Shown: piece by piece, positions 10,661 through 22,579 of the stretch
How positions within the stretch are numbered: position 1 is the first letter of the stretch
How the letters are laid out: each line of letters opens with the position of its first letter
Source: Marsupella aquatica
Taxonomy: Eukaryota > Plantae > Marchantiophyta
Assembly (NCBI GenBank): GCA_973895155.1
Contig: OZ316892.1
Coordinates: 29,332,932-29,396,931, forward strand
Length of the DNA stretch: 64,000 nucleotides
Direction: 5' to 3'
Notes under the pieces: generated by a model
The model's database searches: none
The model's input: the letters and a program-made list of their open reading frames with translations, nothing else
What the model was told of the DNA's origin: nothing
Program-made: the position numbers and the translations under genes

Positions 10661-12524
10661 TCCTAGTCATTATGTGCTTTTCTTTGCAAATGTGTTACTT
10701 ATGCTTTTGTGATTATCTCACTCGATAGACCTCTAGGTTTGTCAAAATGGATTTTTGCAACTCAGATGGACTGCATTGTACTCACAATGTGACAGGAAAT
10801 ATTTTCGATTAGTACATCCCAATTGTATGGTTTTTGTCTACTATCCATCGGAGCATCATTTTCCACTCACTCACACCTACTTGACATCTACTGTATTTCT
10901 ACTCAGTCTCTTCTTCTATCCTAAATTAATTAGATCAATTACATACCACTACATGACAAAAATGGAGGCATGTTCGGGATGAACATGCTATAGTATTGAA
11001 GTTCACTGGATGGACCTCAACATTAGCCAAAATACTCGGATAGTTACTTAGACTCTTGGAACCCAAATTGGAACCCAACTGCATCAAAACCTACTTATGC
11101 TAATCTGGTAAATTTTGCACAAATTAGTAAATTGTGACAACTACTGTAGGTTCTCAATTCTACATAAATTTGATGATATTAGACTCATTTGAAAGATCTT
11201 TCCATGCCTCTTCTATTGAACCTAGGAAGAGTCGTAGTCTTTCTCTAAGTGCACATTTCCAAGAAGAAACATAAAGTATGCACTTAAGTAGGGTATGCAG
11301 TCCATCATAAGTGCAGAAACCTGGAATTTGCATTTTTTTGGTTTTGCACAGTGCCTCTATATGCAATGGGGCCCTGTGTGCAACTTTACATAAAAATGGC
11401 ATGCATTTCAATAAGTCTATGTGAAAGGAATTGTTGGACTTGCCCATATGTGTTCATAAACACTTACAGAGGATTTGCACTTACATGTTTGGTGTTTAAT
11501 GCAGTCCTCTTTGCACTTACAAGAATCCTTGAGAAAAGTGCTAACTTATGTGTCAGGCTATGAGTGAACCAAAAACTGAATGGAAGCCCAAACTACCTTG
11601 ATGGTCACTTGGTGGTCGCGGAGGAGGGCAAGGGTGGGGAGGGATGACGATTAAGGAGCCAAGTGTGGCGACCTTGCAATGGGGCCACTCGCCTCCCTCC
11701 TGGCGAGGGAATGGGCGAGGGTCACAAGGAGGGATGGCGATTGAGGTGCCAAAAGTGGCCCTCCTTGCGAGGGGATGGGCAATATATAGGTCATGAGGGA
11801 TGGCAATTGAGGTTCTGAGAGTGGAACTCCTCACAACCCTTTCTTTGTTTCAGTTTCAAAGTACTTGTCCGCCATCCAACAACACTTGCATTGGAATTTT
11901 ATTTAAAGCAACATAGCCTTTCCTTTTTACCAGCAACAGAGTCCAGTCCAGCAAACACACTTTGATATACACAGAAGCCTTTCCGGATATTGCAGAAATG
12001 TCTCACACACGGTCTTGACCTTTGGAGAAATTGGGAAATAGCATAATGATAGTTGTCAGTGCAATTGGCATATCACACTAGGGAGAACACTAAGCCAACT
12101 ACTGTAGGCATTGATTAATGGAGACTATTCACAATTACAACCCTGGCATATGCTCCATTTGTGTATTGGTGAAATGCACTTATTGAGAGGGATGAGCACT
12201 AGAGGAAGTGCCAGACATTATTCCAACTCAAGATCAGAGCGAAGAACTCCCCCACTTGACATTAAGTCAAGAGGGATTCCTAGGGTGCTTGGTAGTTATT
12301 ATAGCCCTTTCACACTCTCATAGAGATTCTCAAGTCATACACAGGTATGCACTTTTGAAGGGCCACATAGTTTCGCATTTAGCCTCCCATCAGAAATAGA
12401 CAGAACAAGCAATCAATATATAAGAACAAGGAATCAATATATAAACTTCCCTGGATTGGAAAATCACAAGTGCGAGATAACTTTAGACATTAAGGAGAAC
12501 ATCGATCCACAGTAATTACTAGGT

Positions 12525-13254
12525 TCAAATGTTTGATCCTCTGCAAAAATGACAAGCATATCTCCATTGATGCCCAGGGACTGCTTTGCACTAGCTACTG
12601 TAGCACTAGCCCCTACCTCCCAAAATGAATTTTTTAAGGCATTCCAAGAGGGGATGGCACAAGTTCAGCTTTGGCATGTTCCAGGGTTTTCAAGCTAACC
12701 CCACATAAGGACTTTCCAAAACAATGAACCGCTGAAGGCCCCGCAATCACAATATAGCCTATGCTATGGCCTTCGTTCTTTGGGTGAAACGATTACCCTT
12801 AGGCTTCCTTTCTAAATTGAGGGCAACCTCCTGACAAAAATCCTATATCCCTTCCTTGGCAACAAATTAAGGCCCCATTCCTATGATCTTGGACTACACT
12901 TCTAAGTCCTTGCTGTCTGCAGCTACTCCTAACATCTCTTCTATCTTCCTTCGTCTAGTACTCAACTGACAAACTTTCTGAGCCTGCCTCCAACCAAACC
13001 TACGCTCCTTCCTCTGCTTCTCGTTTGGAGACCAAAAATTTTCCTCAGCTCATCCTTGGTAAGAAAGCCAATCTCAGTCATTGGAGTCACTGGAGCCCAG
13101 ATCCCACAACGGGGCCTTGCGCTTCCCTGTGCAACCAACCACGAAAATTATCCTCTAGCTTGTTCGACGCACACTTAGTACAAGTAAGGTCCTGAAACCC
13201 TCCTCAGTGTAGTGACAGCCAGCTGCAGGAAAGTGCCTAAACAACCCTCCATAC
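12525..13254 (-). mobile_element. Decayed DDE transposase fragment, P-element/THAP9-like
   Basis: Manual translation across stops and frameshifts gives GFQDLTCTKCAS..NFR, GFLTKDEL, DFCQEVALNLERKPKGNRFTQRTKAIA, GPSAVHCFGKSLCGVSLKTLEHAK and GDMLVIFAEDQT. These resemble the P-transposase KGRRWS..K..A / PS.RTL / L.FDE motif series. Confidence 0.5.
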
Positions 13255-14652
13255 TCACTCTAGAGCCTGTACTCGAATTATAAACATCCTGTCTGGAAAT
13301 AATTTGCAATTCCAAACATTCCCTCCCCCCTGATCAACCAATCTGCTCTTCATTGTGTCACCCCTCCATCTAACATTAAATGCCCACAAACCCCAACATA
13401 AAAGACTCATAGCTGGGTCTATTTCTGACAGTTCATCCATACCTCTACCGCTGCTTGCTGTGGACCCATCCTCCTTGTAGAATCTCTGTATCCTGGCTTG
13501 GGAAGGATAGCGATCCCTGGCATCTGGTTTTCTCCTAACTTGACAAGGATGGCGATCCCTGGCATCTGGTTTCTTTGGCTGAGCTCTTTCCGTAGTCCTC
13601 AATGCAAGTGTACCACTCATCTCTCTAGTCTCGAAGGCATCTTGGTGCGCACGACTTAATAAATGACATTTCAGATTGAGCTCCAAACTTGCTTTTCTGG
13701 GACACAAGTCAATGTCGAAACCTACACAAAGTGCACAACGCACCCTAAGGAGGAAAGACCTGTTGCCATACGCCTCGAGGTTAGGAACAATGAATACATC
13801 TTTTTCTTCACCTACCTCCTTATTCAACATCCCCACAATCTCTAGGCCTTTAGAGATAGCCCCTTCATGATCAAATTCAGGTATGTTGGCAATGACGTCA
13901 GCCGGTTTAACTGAGACTAGTCCCAAACCTCTTCTCCTGCAAAAGTTATCGTTGTGTTTAGAGCTTATTAGGTGCTGGAACCTAAAATTGCTGAATAGGG
14001 TGGCAATTGCGTTGATGTTCTGTGCATTGTTTACATTTCCATATGGCACCCTACATTCCAGACACTCAAGATGACCTTTCACGTCTGTGCCCTGATCCCA
14101 AGTCCTCACTTTCCAGTTGTGGTCACTGTAACAATGTTTGTCGACCCATTTCTGTAGTCTGGAGCACTCTTCTCTCCATTGCTTTGCAGACCTATCTGGC
14201 ATCAGTATTGACTCAAAAGAAACTTTCAAGGGTGTAGCAGGAGTTTGTGCCTGCACAGGATCATTCTGTGTTTTGCGCTCATCGACAGCTGGCTGGCCAG
14301 AGACCTGAGGTGCAGTGGGAGTAGACGAGTGGGATGACACTGTTGTCATCCCACTGTCAGGCAGAGAGCCCCCGTGTTCCTGAATGACATAGACAGTCCC
14401 ATCAAGTTCATTCAATTCAACCACCCTCTCTGCGCGACGCCTGATAGGACCTGGAAGCCTCTCATCCCAAAAATCGAAGTCAAAGTCTAAGTTGCTCTCT
14501 ATTCTGACCCTGAACTCAGCCAGTGTCTGCCCTTCGTTGAAGCGCAAAACACATAACGGCAGATCTTTGTTACCAGGTAGACCCTTGTGGACCAATTTAA
14601 TAAAGTTAGGCTTGAGGGTGGCCATTGAAACCAGATAGCTAAGGGACACCAA
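13255..14652 (-). CDS. 465-aa intronless ORF with two CxxC...HxxxxxH zinc-finger-like motifs; probably the N-terminal part of the adjacent transposase
   Basis: CLEC...NFRFQHLISSKH and RCALC...NLKCHLLSRAH; internal duplication KPDARDR(H/Y)P(C/S)Q x2. Coding-like sequence continues beyond the stop. First ATG is at MATLKP. Confidence 0.6.
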   Translation of the reverse strand: MVSLSYLVSMATLKPNFIKLVHKGLPGNKDLPLCVLRFNEGQTLAEFRVRIESNLDFDFDFWDERLPGPIRRRAERVVELNELDGTVYVIQEHGGSLPDSGMTTVSSHSSTPTAPQVSGQPAVDERKTQNDPVQAQTPATPLKVSFESILMPDRSAKQWREECSRLQKWVDKHCYSDHNWKVRTWDQGTDVKGHLECLECRVPYGNVNNAQNINAIATLFSNFRFQHLISSKHNDNFCRRRGLGLVSVKPADVIANIPEFDHEGAISKGLEIVGMLNKEVGEEKDVFIVPNLEAYGNRSFLLRVRCALCVGFDIDLCPRKASLELNLKCHLLSRAHQDAFETREMSGTLALRTTERAQPKKPDARDRHPCQVRRKPDARDRYPSQARIQRFYKEDGSTASSGRGMDELSEIDPAMSLLCWGLWAFNVRWRGDTMKSRLVDQGGGNVWNCKLFPDRMFIIRVQALE

Positions 14653-16359
14653 GGGATTGCAGAAAGGGCATCATGGTCCTGTAACAACCACACAAGCACA
14701 CACACCACACAGCATCATTAGGTCAACGTTCAATAACAAGGGTCTTAGTTACAACGTACGGGGCCAATAAAAAAGTCCTGCTTAAGAGATGTGTGCCATT
14801 AACGCTACACAAAGTTCATCTCTGCAGACATCTCAAAGTTCAAAATCCCCAATCCTATCCTGCTTAGGTATAATCGCACCCGCTGCAATGGTGGGGGCTA
14901 GGACTATAAATCATGTGCCAACCCCAAAAAATTAAGAACTTCCTCTCCAGGCACAACTTTCTTCACATGTTGCGTCGCACCACGGTCATATCCCTGGCAC
15001 CAGGATAGAGGTTATCTTGACGGCATTGACTATGTTGATGCAGACAAAGATGTAATTGATCCCGGGAGGGACATAAACGACCGATTTCGAGCTCGGCACG
15101 GGGCTATGCTGTGTGGCCTGCTGGAGTCTGTGCAGCTGTTAAGCGAACACAGGACAAATGCTAACCTGGTTGGGACAGGCATATGTCGCCGACTCAACAA
15201 GTACCTCGATGATCCTAAGGGCGCATGGAGTTTTGGGGATTGCTTCGAGAGTATCAAAAGGGCTCTTCTGTGGTGTTCACTGCCGAACCTATAGCACATA
15301 AACAAGTTGCAAGGTTTCTGAAAAAAATTGAAAAGGCTATTGGCAAGGATCCTGATGAAGCGAGTCCCTGAAGACCCAGCTAAAACGCTTCAAAATTGTT
15401 GATAAGGAGAGCCTGCTGAGCTTGATTGGGACTTCGGGCTACAGTAATCCTGCGATTGAAAACTTTCTGTGGACCGTGATATTGGCTTGAGCGTGTGCTT
15501 CCGGATGGTCTCACATTATTCAGAGCTTCAATTTGTGGAAACCAGGGCGCCTCACAGATTTGACTAACCAAGAAGCATGGTCCAGGTATGATCACTCATA
15601 CTCTCCAGGTTCGACAGCAGCTAATATCGAAGGCAGCAAGCTTAAATGGTAGCAGCAACTGCAGCAAAACTGCATTGACTAGGAAGGGTCCAAACCGGCC
15701 ACTCTAGCATTCACATCGAGTCCAACAATCCACCTGAGATATGAGCACAAATTCATGTAATAGCCACGAGTAGACAACGTTTGATCAACATTGAATAAAA
15801 CTCGGAGAAGCATACAAAGCAGTATTGCCAAGGACTAGACAATGAGTAGAAAAAGAGTAACAGCCACAATGAAAATTGGGACGGTAAGATTCGGACCTGC
15901 TCACAGTACCAACTCCCATATAAGTCCCGCTGCTTCCCACTGCTCAATCTCTCTCACTCCATCGCATTGCACATCCCACCATCGAGCTCAATCTCACCGA
16001 CCTCTCTGCCCACCTCCTGTCGACCTCCCTCCTCCCACTCAAAGTCCTGGCTTGCCACCTTTTGAGAGAAATCTCAAAATCAATGTCGGACATGAGAGAA
16101 CATTAAAGCTGACCACGAAGAGCTCGAAAGCTCAGAGGCTCAAAAGGGAATGGCGAAAAGCTTGGAGGGGAAACGCTGTGGCGCGAAATCTCTGAAGCTA
16201 TAGTTCGAAAGCTTGGGATTTACGTGAATCGTGCACTGTTTGGGCAGCAGGCCTCTTAAACCCAGAACCCTGAACCGGGGGGCGGGAAGGGGGCAGGGGG
16301 CGGGAAGGGGGCGGTAAGGGGGCAGGGGAAGAGCAGGGTGCGGGGGAACCCACACCGTA

Positions 16360-17070
16360 TTTTCGCCCTCGGTATGCCTCTCGTCCCTCTGGTAGGGATT
16401 TTGGTTATCCACCACTTTGGTTTGGTTTTCCACTCCTTCCCTCCTTGCACAAGTGTAAAGTCACAAGCAGGAAATGAAGTGTGTCACAACGCCATTGGTC
16501 CTCATGTCCTCATGTCTATCATGGAGAAGGGAAAAAAACTCTATGTCAATGGTTGTCGTTCATGGATGAGGTGTTGCATAAAAAATAACTATGCTTAATT
16601 TTAGGTGTGTTTTTGAATAATCTAAACCCTTAAGTTCTTCCAAAACAATAAAACTGCCCTTATTAACTGTGGCACATGGTATGGAAATTCCGTGGAGTGA
16701 GACCCCCAGGAGCATTCTCGCCCTTGGTTTGCCTCTTGTCCCTCAAGCTAGGGATTTTGGTTATCCTCCACTTTGGTTTGGTTTTCCACTCCTTCCCTCC
16801 TTGCGCAAGTGTCAAGTCACAAGCAGAAAATGAAGTGTGCCGCAGTATAATTGGTACTAATGTGCTCATGTCTAGTATGGAGAAGGAAAAAAAAAACTCT
16901 ATGTCAATGGAATGTAGTCCATGTATGAGGTGTTGCATAAAAATAACTATGCTTAATTTTAGGTGTGTTTTTGAATAATCTAAACCTTTAAGTTCTTCCA
17001 AAACAATAACACTGCCCTTATTAACTGTGGCACATGGTATGGGAATTCCGTGGAGTGAGACCCCCAGGAG
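16360..17070. repeat. Two-copy ~355 bp tandem duplication
   Basis: ttcgccct.ggt.tgcctct...tattaactgtggcacatggtatgg.aattccgtggagtgagacccccaggag at ~16360-16712 and ~16715-17070. Confidence 0.9.
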
Positions 17071-17489
17071 TAAATGTGCAAGTGATGAGAGTTATACAGC
17101 GAGGTTTTTTGAGCAGGTTGCATGGCCCCTCTCCTTGCAAATAATGAGTAGAGTTTGTTGCGATGAGAGCAGGCAGACATGTAGACATTTTGCAATCGGA
17201 GTTTAACACAAAGCTGTAGGGGCCAGGTATTTCTCTAGGTCGGAGAATCTGAATCTTACCTGAAATCTTGGCTTGTGAACAATTCAAAGAAAAAAACCTT
17301 TTTTGTTGTTGTTGGAAAACATGTCCAAAGCCTACCCTAGGCCAAAGGGTGACCTCGCCAGATCTAATTAGATTTAGTTGCACATAATCAAGAATTTGCA
17401 GCACCTCTAGTTGGCCGCCCTCCTGTATATTATTGAGGTTTCTGTTTCTTGCATTTGGGTTTGTTTCCCCCCACTGTGGCTGGCCCTTT

Positions 17490-17752
17490 GTGCCCAACCT
17501 TTGTACTAATCTTATACAACTTAATATGCAATCTCGCTTTTTCATGATCTGTGTTTGAGATGCCATTGTGGCAGGGGCCTTTGTACTAATATATACAATT
17601 TAATATGCAATGTCGCTTTTTCATGATCTGTGTTTGAGATGCCATTGTGGCAGGAAGCCTCCCTTTTTGCCTCACCTTTGTACTTATCTAAACAATTCAA
17701 TATGCAATTCTCACTTTTTCCTGATCTGTTTTTGAAATGTATTGTGGCAGGA
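17490..17752. repeat. Three ~75-95 bp tandem units
   Basis: ctttgtact.at.t..acaa.t.aatatgcaat..c.ctttt.c.tgatctgt.tttga.atg..attgtggcagg x3. Confidence 0.85.
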
Positions 17753-17775
17753 CCCCTACTTCCCCGTTGGAGTAT

Positions 17776-18038
17776 GGTTTCACCGTTATAGATTATAGTG
17801 ACATTTGTCTCAAACTATAAACTGGGACTAAAGGTGTTTTTGTCCATTTTTCCCGATTATAGTGACATTTGTCTCAAACTATAAACTGGGACTAAAGATG
17901 TTTTTGTCCATTTTTCCGGATTATAGTGACATTTGTCTCAAACTATAAACTGGGACTAAAGGTTTCACCGTTAGACATTGAGGTGACATTTGTCTCAAAC
18001 TATAAACTGGGACTAAAGGTGTTTTTGTCCATTTTCCC
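17776..18038. repeat. Minisatellite, four ~55-65 bp units
   Basis: gtgacatttgtctcaaactataaactgggactaaag repeated four times, nearly perfectly. Confidence 0.95.
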
Positions 18039-18496
18039 AGTGTCCAACCTCATCATTCCCCCCAACTCACACACTCCTTGAAAACCAGATGTCAAACTAA
18101 TACATTCCTGGGGCGTCCAACTGCCTGGCCAAACTTGGATTACATTTCTACTCACTTATGTTTGATGACATTTCTGCTCCACTTCACTTATTATACACAA
18201 GATTAATTAATTATGCAACGAGTGGTATTGGGCTAATACAAAATACTACTTCAAGGAAAGCTCCGAGGGAGCACCATGTGTGACAAAATCCTACTCTACA
18301 TCTCCTGCAAAAACTTAGCACTCAACCAGGCCAGAAATTCCCTCATTCAACACAATAAAAGGGCTGGGCCTCTCCACAGATAGTTTAAGACTGGTAATTG
18401 GTCTGTAGTCCTCAGGAAGCTGAACGAGCAATTCTATCTCCATGAATGCTGTAGAAGCTTCCTAAACCATGCTTTCACAGAATTAAACGCAAAATC

Positions 18497-18680
18497 TTTC
18501 ATACTTCAGACACAGAAGAATCAATTCATACAGCTGGTTTCGAAAAAAATGTTATCACAGAGTCAGAATTCACAACCCAACGAACTGTTTCATACTTCAG
18601 ACAGAGAATAAACAATTAATTCAGCTGGTTTCGGGAAAAATGTTATCACAGAGTCGGAATTCACAACCCAAACAACTGGA
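18497..18680. repeat. Two-copy ~92 bp tandem duplication
   Basis: tttcatacttcagaca.aga...cagctggtttcg..aaaaatgttatcacagagtc.gaattcacaacccaa x2. Confidence 0.85.
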
Positions 18681-19848
18681 TACTCTTAGTAAAGCCAGAG
18701 TTTAGACCGCAAAGATGCTCTCGCAATTTCTGAAGCATGGCTGATGAATACTCTGGTTCTTCCCCCTAGAATTTCAACCAAGAGCTCCCGTCTGACGCAC
18801 ATCCCTTGGTAGCTTTGCTACCTGCCACGCTCTTGCGTAGAGAAATTGTTCGACAGAACAAACCCACCAATTGGACTAAGTAACGAGTCACCCTCTCCTC
18901 ACACATGCTCCACATGAGCCAGCAAATCACCGCGGATGGATTCTGTGTAACAAGCACACGGGAAAAGTCTAGAGATCTTCCAAGTAAGACTGCAATTGCA
19001 CTTGTAGTCTTTTGACCTTTAGCCAGCTCGGCGAGATTGACAACGAGAGCATTGGGGGGGGCCACAACGGTGGAACCAAACAAAAAAGTAAGCGTGGGCG
19101 GATATTTTACATTTTCCTGAAAGCCACTTCTCCTTCTTAGACTGACTCCTACTGCGAGGCACGTACACTACACAACCGATCCTATCAGTCACTTATCTTA
19201 TCCACGAATAGTTCCTCGTGAACCCACATAATTCTCCGATACTACAGGTCACGAGGGTGGGAGTATGAACAGGAGGATCGTCAACTGCAGGGTTCCCACA
19301 TAATTCTCGGATAACCATGCAAGGTAAGGTCCTCCCCACAATTCCACAAATTGAGTTGAGGAAGGACAATTTCGTACACTAGGTGGTACAATTTCGGCTG
19401 CATGTACAAGGCTTCAAGTAGCAAAACCAAAAGACAAGGTCTTTACAATCACATTTATACAAAATTTGACTCCTGACGGTATGTCAATACTAGGCCGTGG
19501 GAATAATGTCAGCTGCAACGCCTTCTACGTGCCTGTTTCAGGCTCCCTTCGAAACAAGACACTCGAGGCTTAAAGCAGCACAACCAAAAGACTGGATCCT
19601 CAACAGACTTCCTCAAAACTTTCATTTCTGGCAGTATGACTTATGCAAGAAAATGAGCCTTGTCAACACCAAACTCCATCCTGAAGGCTTCAAGTAGCAA
19701 AACCAAACCATCGACTCCTCACCGCAACGATCCACAAAATTTGACTCCTTGTAGAAGCGCTACTGTAAGCTGTATTGCCCTGAAGTCATCGATGGTGCAG
19801 CCCTTCATCTCCCACTTGCACTGCCTCTCCCCGGGCTCTGACCGTGTT

Positions 19849-20535
19849 TTAAGTCCCCTTGTGTCTTTTCCACATACTATCCGCATGCTCATGCACATTC
19901 GGGACCTCAATGGATTCCCGGATTTCTTTCTTATGCCTCCAATCAGTCCCGAATCGCGCATCCCTGTCTCCTACAATCTTCTCAAAATCAAGCTGGTCTT
20001 CCGCCGTGTAGCTCATCATCAACTCGGGGCGGCCCAGGGGCAGCTTATCGCCCCGATCCACCTGCCAGAAATGCCAAGTCTTCCCGTAGATCCCGATCAC
20101 GTTCTTCATCTCCGCCGTCTCCGCCTGCTCCCACACGCTCTCCGGCAACCCGTGCGGCCCAGGCATGATCAGCATCCCACTCTTGACCTCGAACGCATGC
20201 GAGTGCCAAAGCTTCCGCTCTTCTTCGTCCAGCGTCTCATACAGCGCGCGGGAGATCATGTACTCGACTCCAATCAGCCGTGCCTTGGGGCCAGGGGAGT
20301 CGTAGATAATGCACTGCCGGACATCTTCGTTGACGTGCATGCAGTAATGGTTCGCCTCCACGCAGCGAGACGGATCCGATGCGTAGACATGGAAGGCATT
20401 CAAGTGCGCACAGACCGACTTCACCGGGCCCAAGTTCTGCCCGATGCCGGCGCCCGTCTCGAGCACCTTGCTCTGGATCGAGAGAGCGCTCCCCGCGGCC
20501 TCGTTGGTGGTCGGGTGACAGTCCAGCCCCGCCAT
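19849..20535 (-). CDS. OBAP1: Oil body-associated protein (OBAP1-like, DUF1264), 228 aa, intronless
   Basis: ATG at 20535 (MAGLDCHPTT). Family motifs HLNAFHVY, EANHYC, RQCIIYDSP, ARLIGVEY, LWHSHAFEVKSG, YGKTWHFWQVDRGDKLPLG.PELMMS. Strong G/C bias at third codon positions. Confidence 0.93.
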   Translation of the reverse strand: MAGLDCHPTTNEAAGSALSIQSKVLETGAGIGQNLGPVKSVCAHLNAFHVYASDPSRCVEANHYCMHVNEDVRQCIIYDSPGPKARLIGVEYMISRALYETLDEEERKLWHSHAFEVKSGMLIMPGPHGLPESVWEQAETAEMKNVIGIYGKTWHFWQVDRGDKLPLGRPELMMSYTAEDQLDFEKIVGDRDARFGTDWRHKKEIRESIEVPNVHEHADSMWKRHKGT

Positions 20536-21190
20536 CCTCCAAATCGAAACAAATGTCGTTAGATCGAGAGTGACAATACCCTGCGGCGCTCTACTCGGTG
20601 ATGAGACTAAAAAGCCTAAGAAGACGATCAACCCTCTCTGGAGTGTGAAGAAGCTTTTCCTTAGCCAATCCTCTCTGTGGGATGTGAAATCCTTTAGAGC
20701 TTACGCATCGACTCGAAACCTTCGGACTGTCTATCCTCTTTCTGGGATGTGAAATCCTTCACAAGTAATGCATCAACTCGAATGCATCGACTCGAAAGCT
20801 TCCTCTCTACAGTAGTATGCCAAACTTTTGCAGCAATCTATTGACTCGAAAGCTTCGAGCAATCCTCTCTACAGTAGGATGCCAAACCTCCAGAAATCAT
20901 GGAGCGTCTCAAAACTCTTGAGACAGCAATCCTCTCTGAAATGTGAACACCTTCACAGGAGAATCGTCTCTAGAACTGACAGTTCGACTCGAAATCTTTG
21001 GGCAATTCTCTCAGCGGCGTGGAATCCTTTCTTCCAATGTGGGTCATGACTCTGGTCTGCAAATCTTCGCGCGATCCTCTTCGGCTTTGTGAAACATTTA
21101 CGTACTAACGTTCCTTGTTGTTGTGCATCGAGAGTCGACGTTTCCCGTTGGGGTTTAGGGTAGCCACTTGTCTCAATCGTGTACGGATTC

Positions 21191-21198
21191 GACACGTA
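21191..21198 (-). promoter_or_regulatory. ABRE-like element (TACGTGTC) upstream of OBAP
   Basis: Matches the YACGTGKC consensus, ~660 bp upstream of the ATG. Motif match only. Confidence 0.35.
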
Positions 21199-21419
21199 TC
21201 AAGATGTGTGCAAAACTATCTGCATCCCATGACTAAGGGTACCTTTACAAAGCCTTGGCCCTTGGGGACAATTTGGGTCTCGTAACTCCACATCAAAAAT
21301 ATGACACATCTCTCCATACCATACCATGATAATTTTATTTTCTCTAAATTTATTTTTATTACATCTCTCCATACCATGATAAATTTATTTTTATTTCTTA
21401 TTTCTAAAAGGTCAACTAC

Positions 21420-21675
21420 GAGCTAGAATTGGAGCCTAAATTAAGCTTGTAGAGTGAAGTCTCTAGACCCACGTGGATGATAAAATTGATGGCTATGATC
21501 TATGTCAAATGATATTCCTATATATTTTTTATCATGAGTTGTATTTATATTCAAAAAATGTACTTTATGACCCTACCATAACATATATGCATAGAAAGAT
21601 AAATGTGCAAAGAAAGGAGAATGATATGTTATATATATGATTATTAAAATGATGACATGCATGATGATTTTTTCA
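21420..21675. repeat. Dispersed repeat, homologous to 53870-54128
   Basis: gctaga...tagagtgaag.tctaga...tatgtcaaatgata...catatatgcatagaaaga...tgattattaaaatgatgacat.catgatg.ttttt shared by both loci. Confidence 0.8.
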
Positions 21676-22579
21676 TCATTTCATTAATCTTCAAATAATG
21701 TTAATAAGGGATACATTTTGGTGACGCTTTTATTGTCCTCTCCACTATTCATGTTCAAAGAACGAGTAGTGGGGGCTAGTGCGGACCATATATTATGGCA
21801 TTTTGATGTGTGATCATTGACATGGGGACAATTTGAATGTTTTTATTTAAATCTTTGATTACACTATTTAAATCTATAAGTGCACACAGTTTATTACCAC
21901 ATTTGGATGTGTCATTACTGGGAGGGGGACAATTTTGAGTGTTTTCAATCTCAGGATTAAAGGTGGCTTTACAACAAGTTGAGTGCAATTTGAGTGTTTT
22001 TAATCACTATTAAGGGTGGCTTTGCAAGACCTTGAGAGCAATTTGAGTGTTTTTCTATCAAAGCTAATCTATCACCTTAGTCTGTAACATCCTAAAGACA
22101 TTTACATAAGTCCCTTGGAGACAATTTAAATATTTTTGGAGCCATTTGAGTGTTTTTTTTTTTACCAAAGCTAATTGATCGCCTTTGTAACATCCTAAAG
22201 ACATTTACATATTTAAGTCTGTCCTTGTGAAACATTTACTTGTACCTTATTATTATGCATCAGCTTGATGGTTCCTGTAAGTTGGAGTTTAGGGTACCAC
22301 ATACCTTGTTAATTATTATCCACCTGCTCGAGTTTCCAGTTAGAGTTTAGGGTAGCCACTTGTTTCAATTGTGTAGGGCTTTGAAATGTATGAAGATGTG
22401 ACCCAAGGGAAGGACCTTTTGGGAGCACTTGTGCACATTGGGGGCACTAGTGTACCTCTCACTTAGATGATCGGTAATCCTTTCTGACTCTCTCATGCGG
22501 TTTACTCCCAAGCTCTACCAGGTTTTTCAATCGTTTTGTCCAGTAGGGTTGTTGCCTCCTGAGCTTCTTAGTGGGATTC

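Noticed and set aside
15000-15700. Second, divergently oriented ORF of the transposon
   Set aside because: Coding-like composition, but only short broken frames with no motif I can recognise.
19660-20562. 300-aa plus-strand ORF
   Set aside because: Antisense shadow of the GC3-rich OBAP CDS; no recognisable domain.
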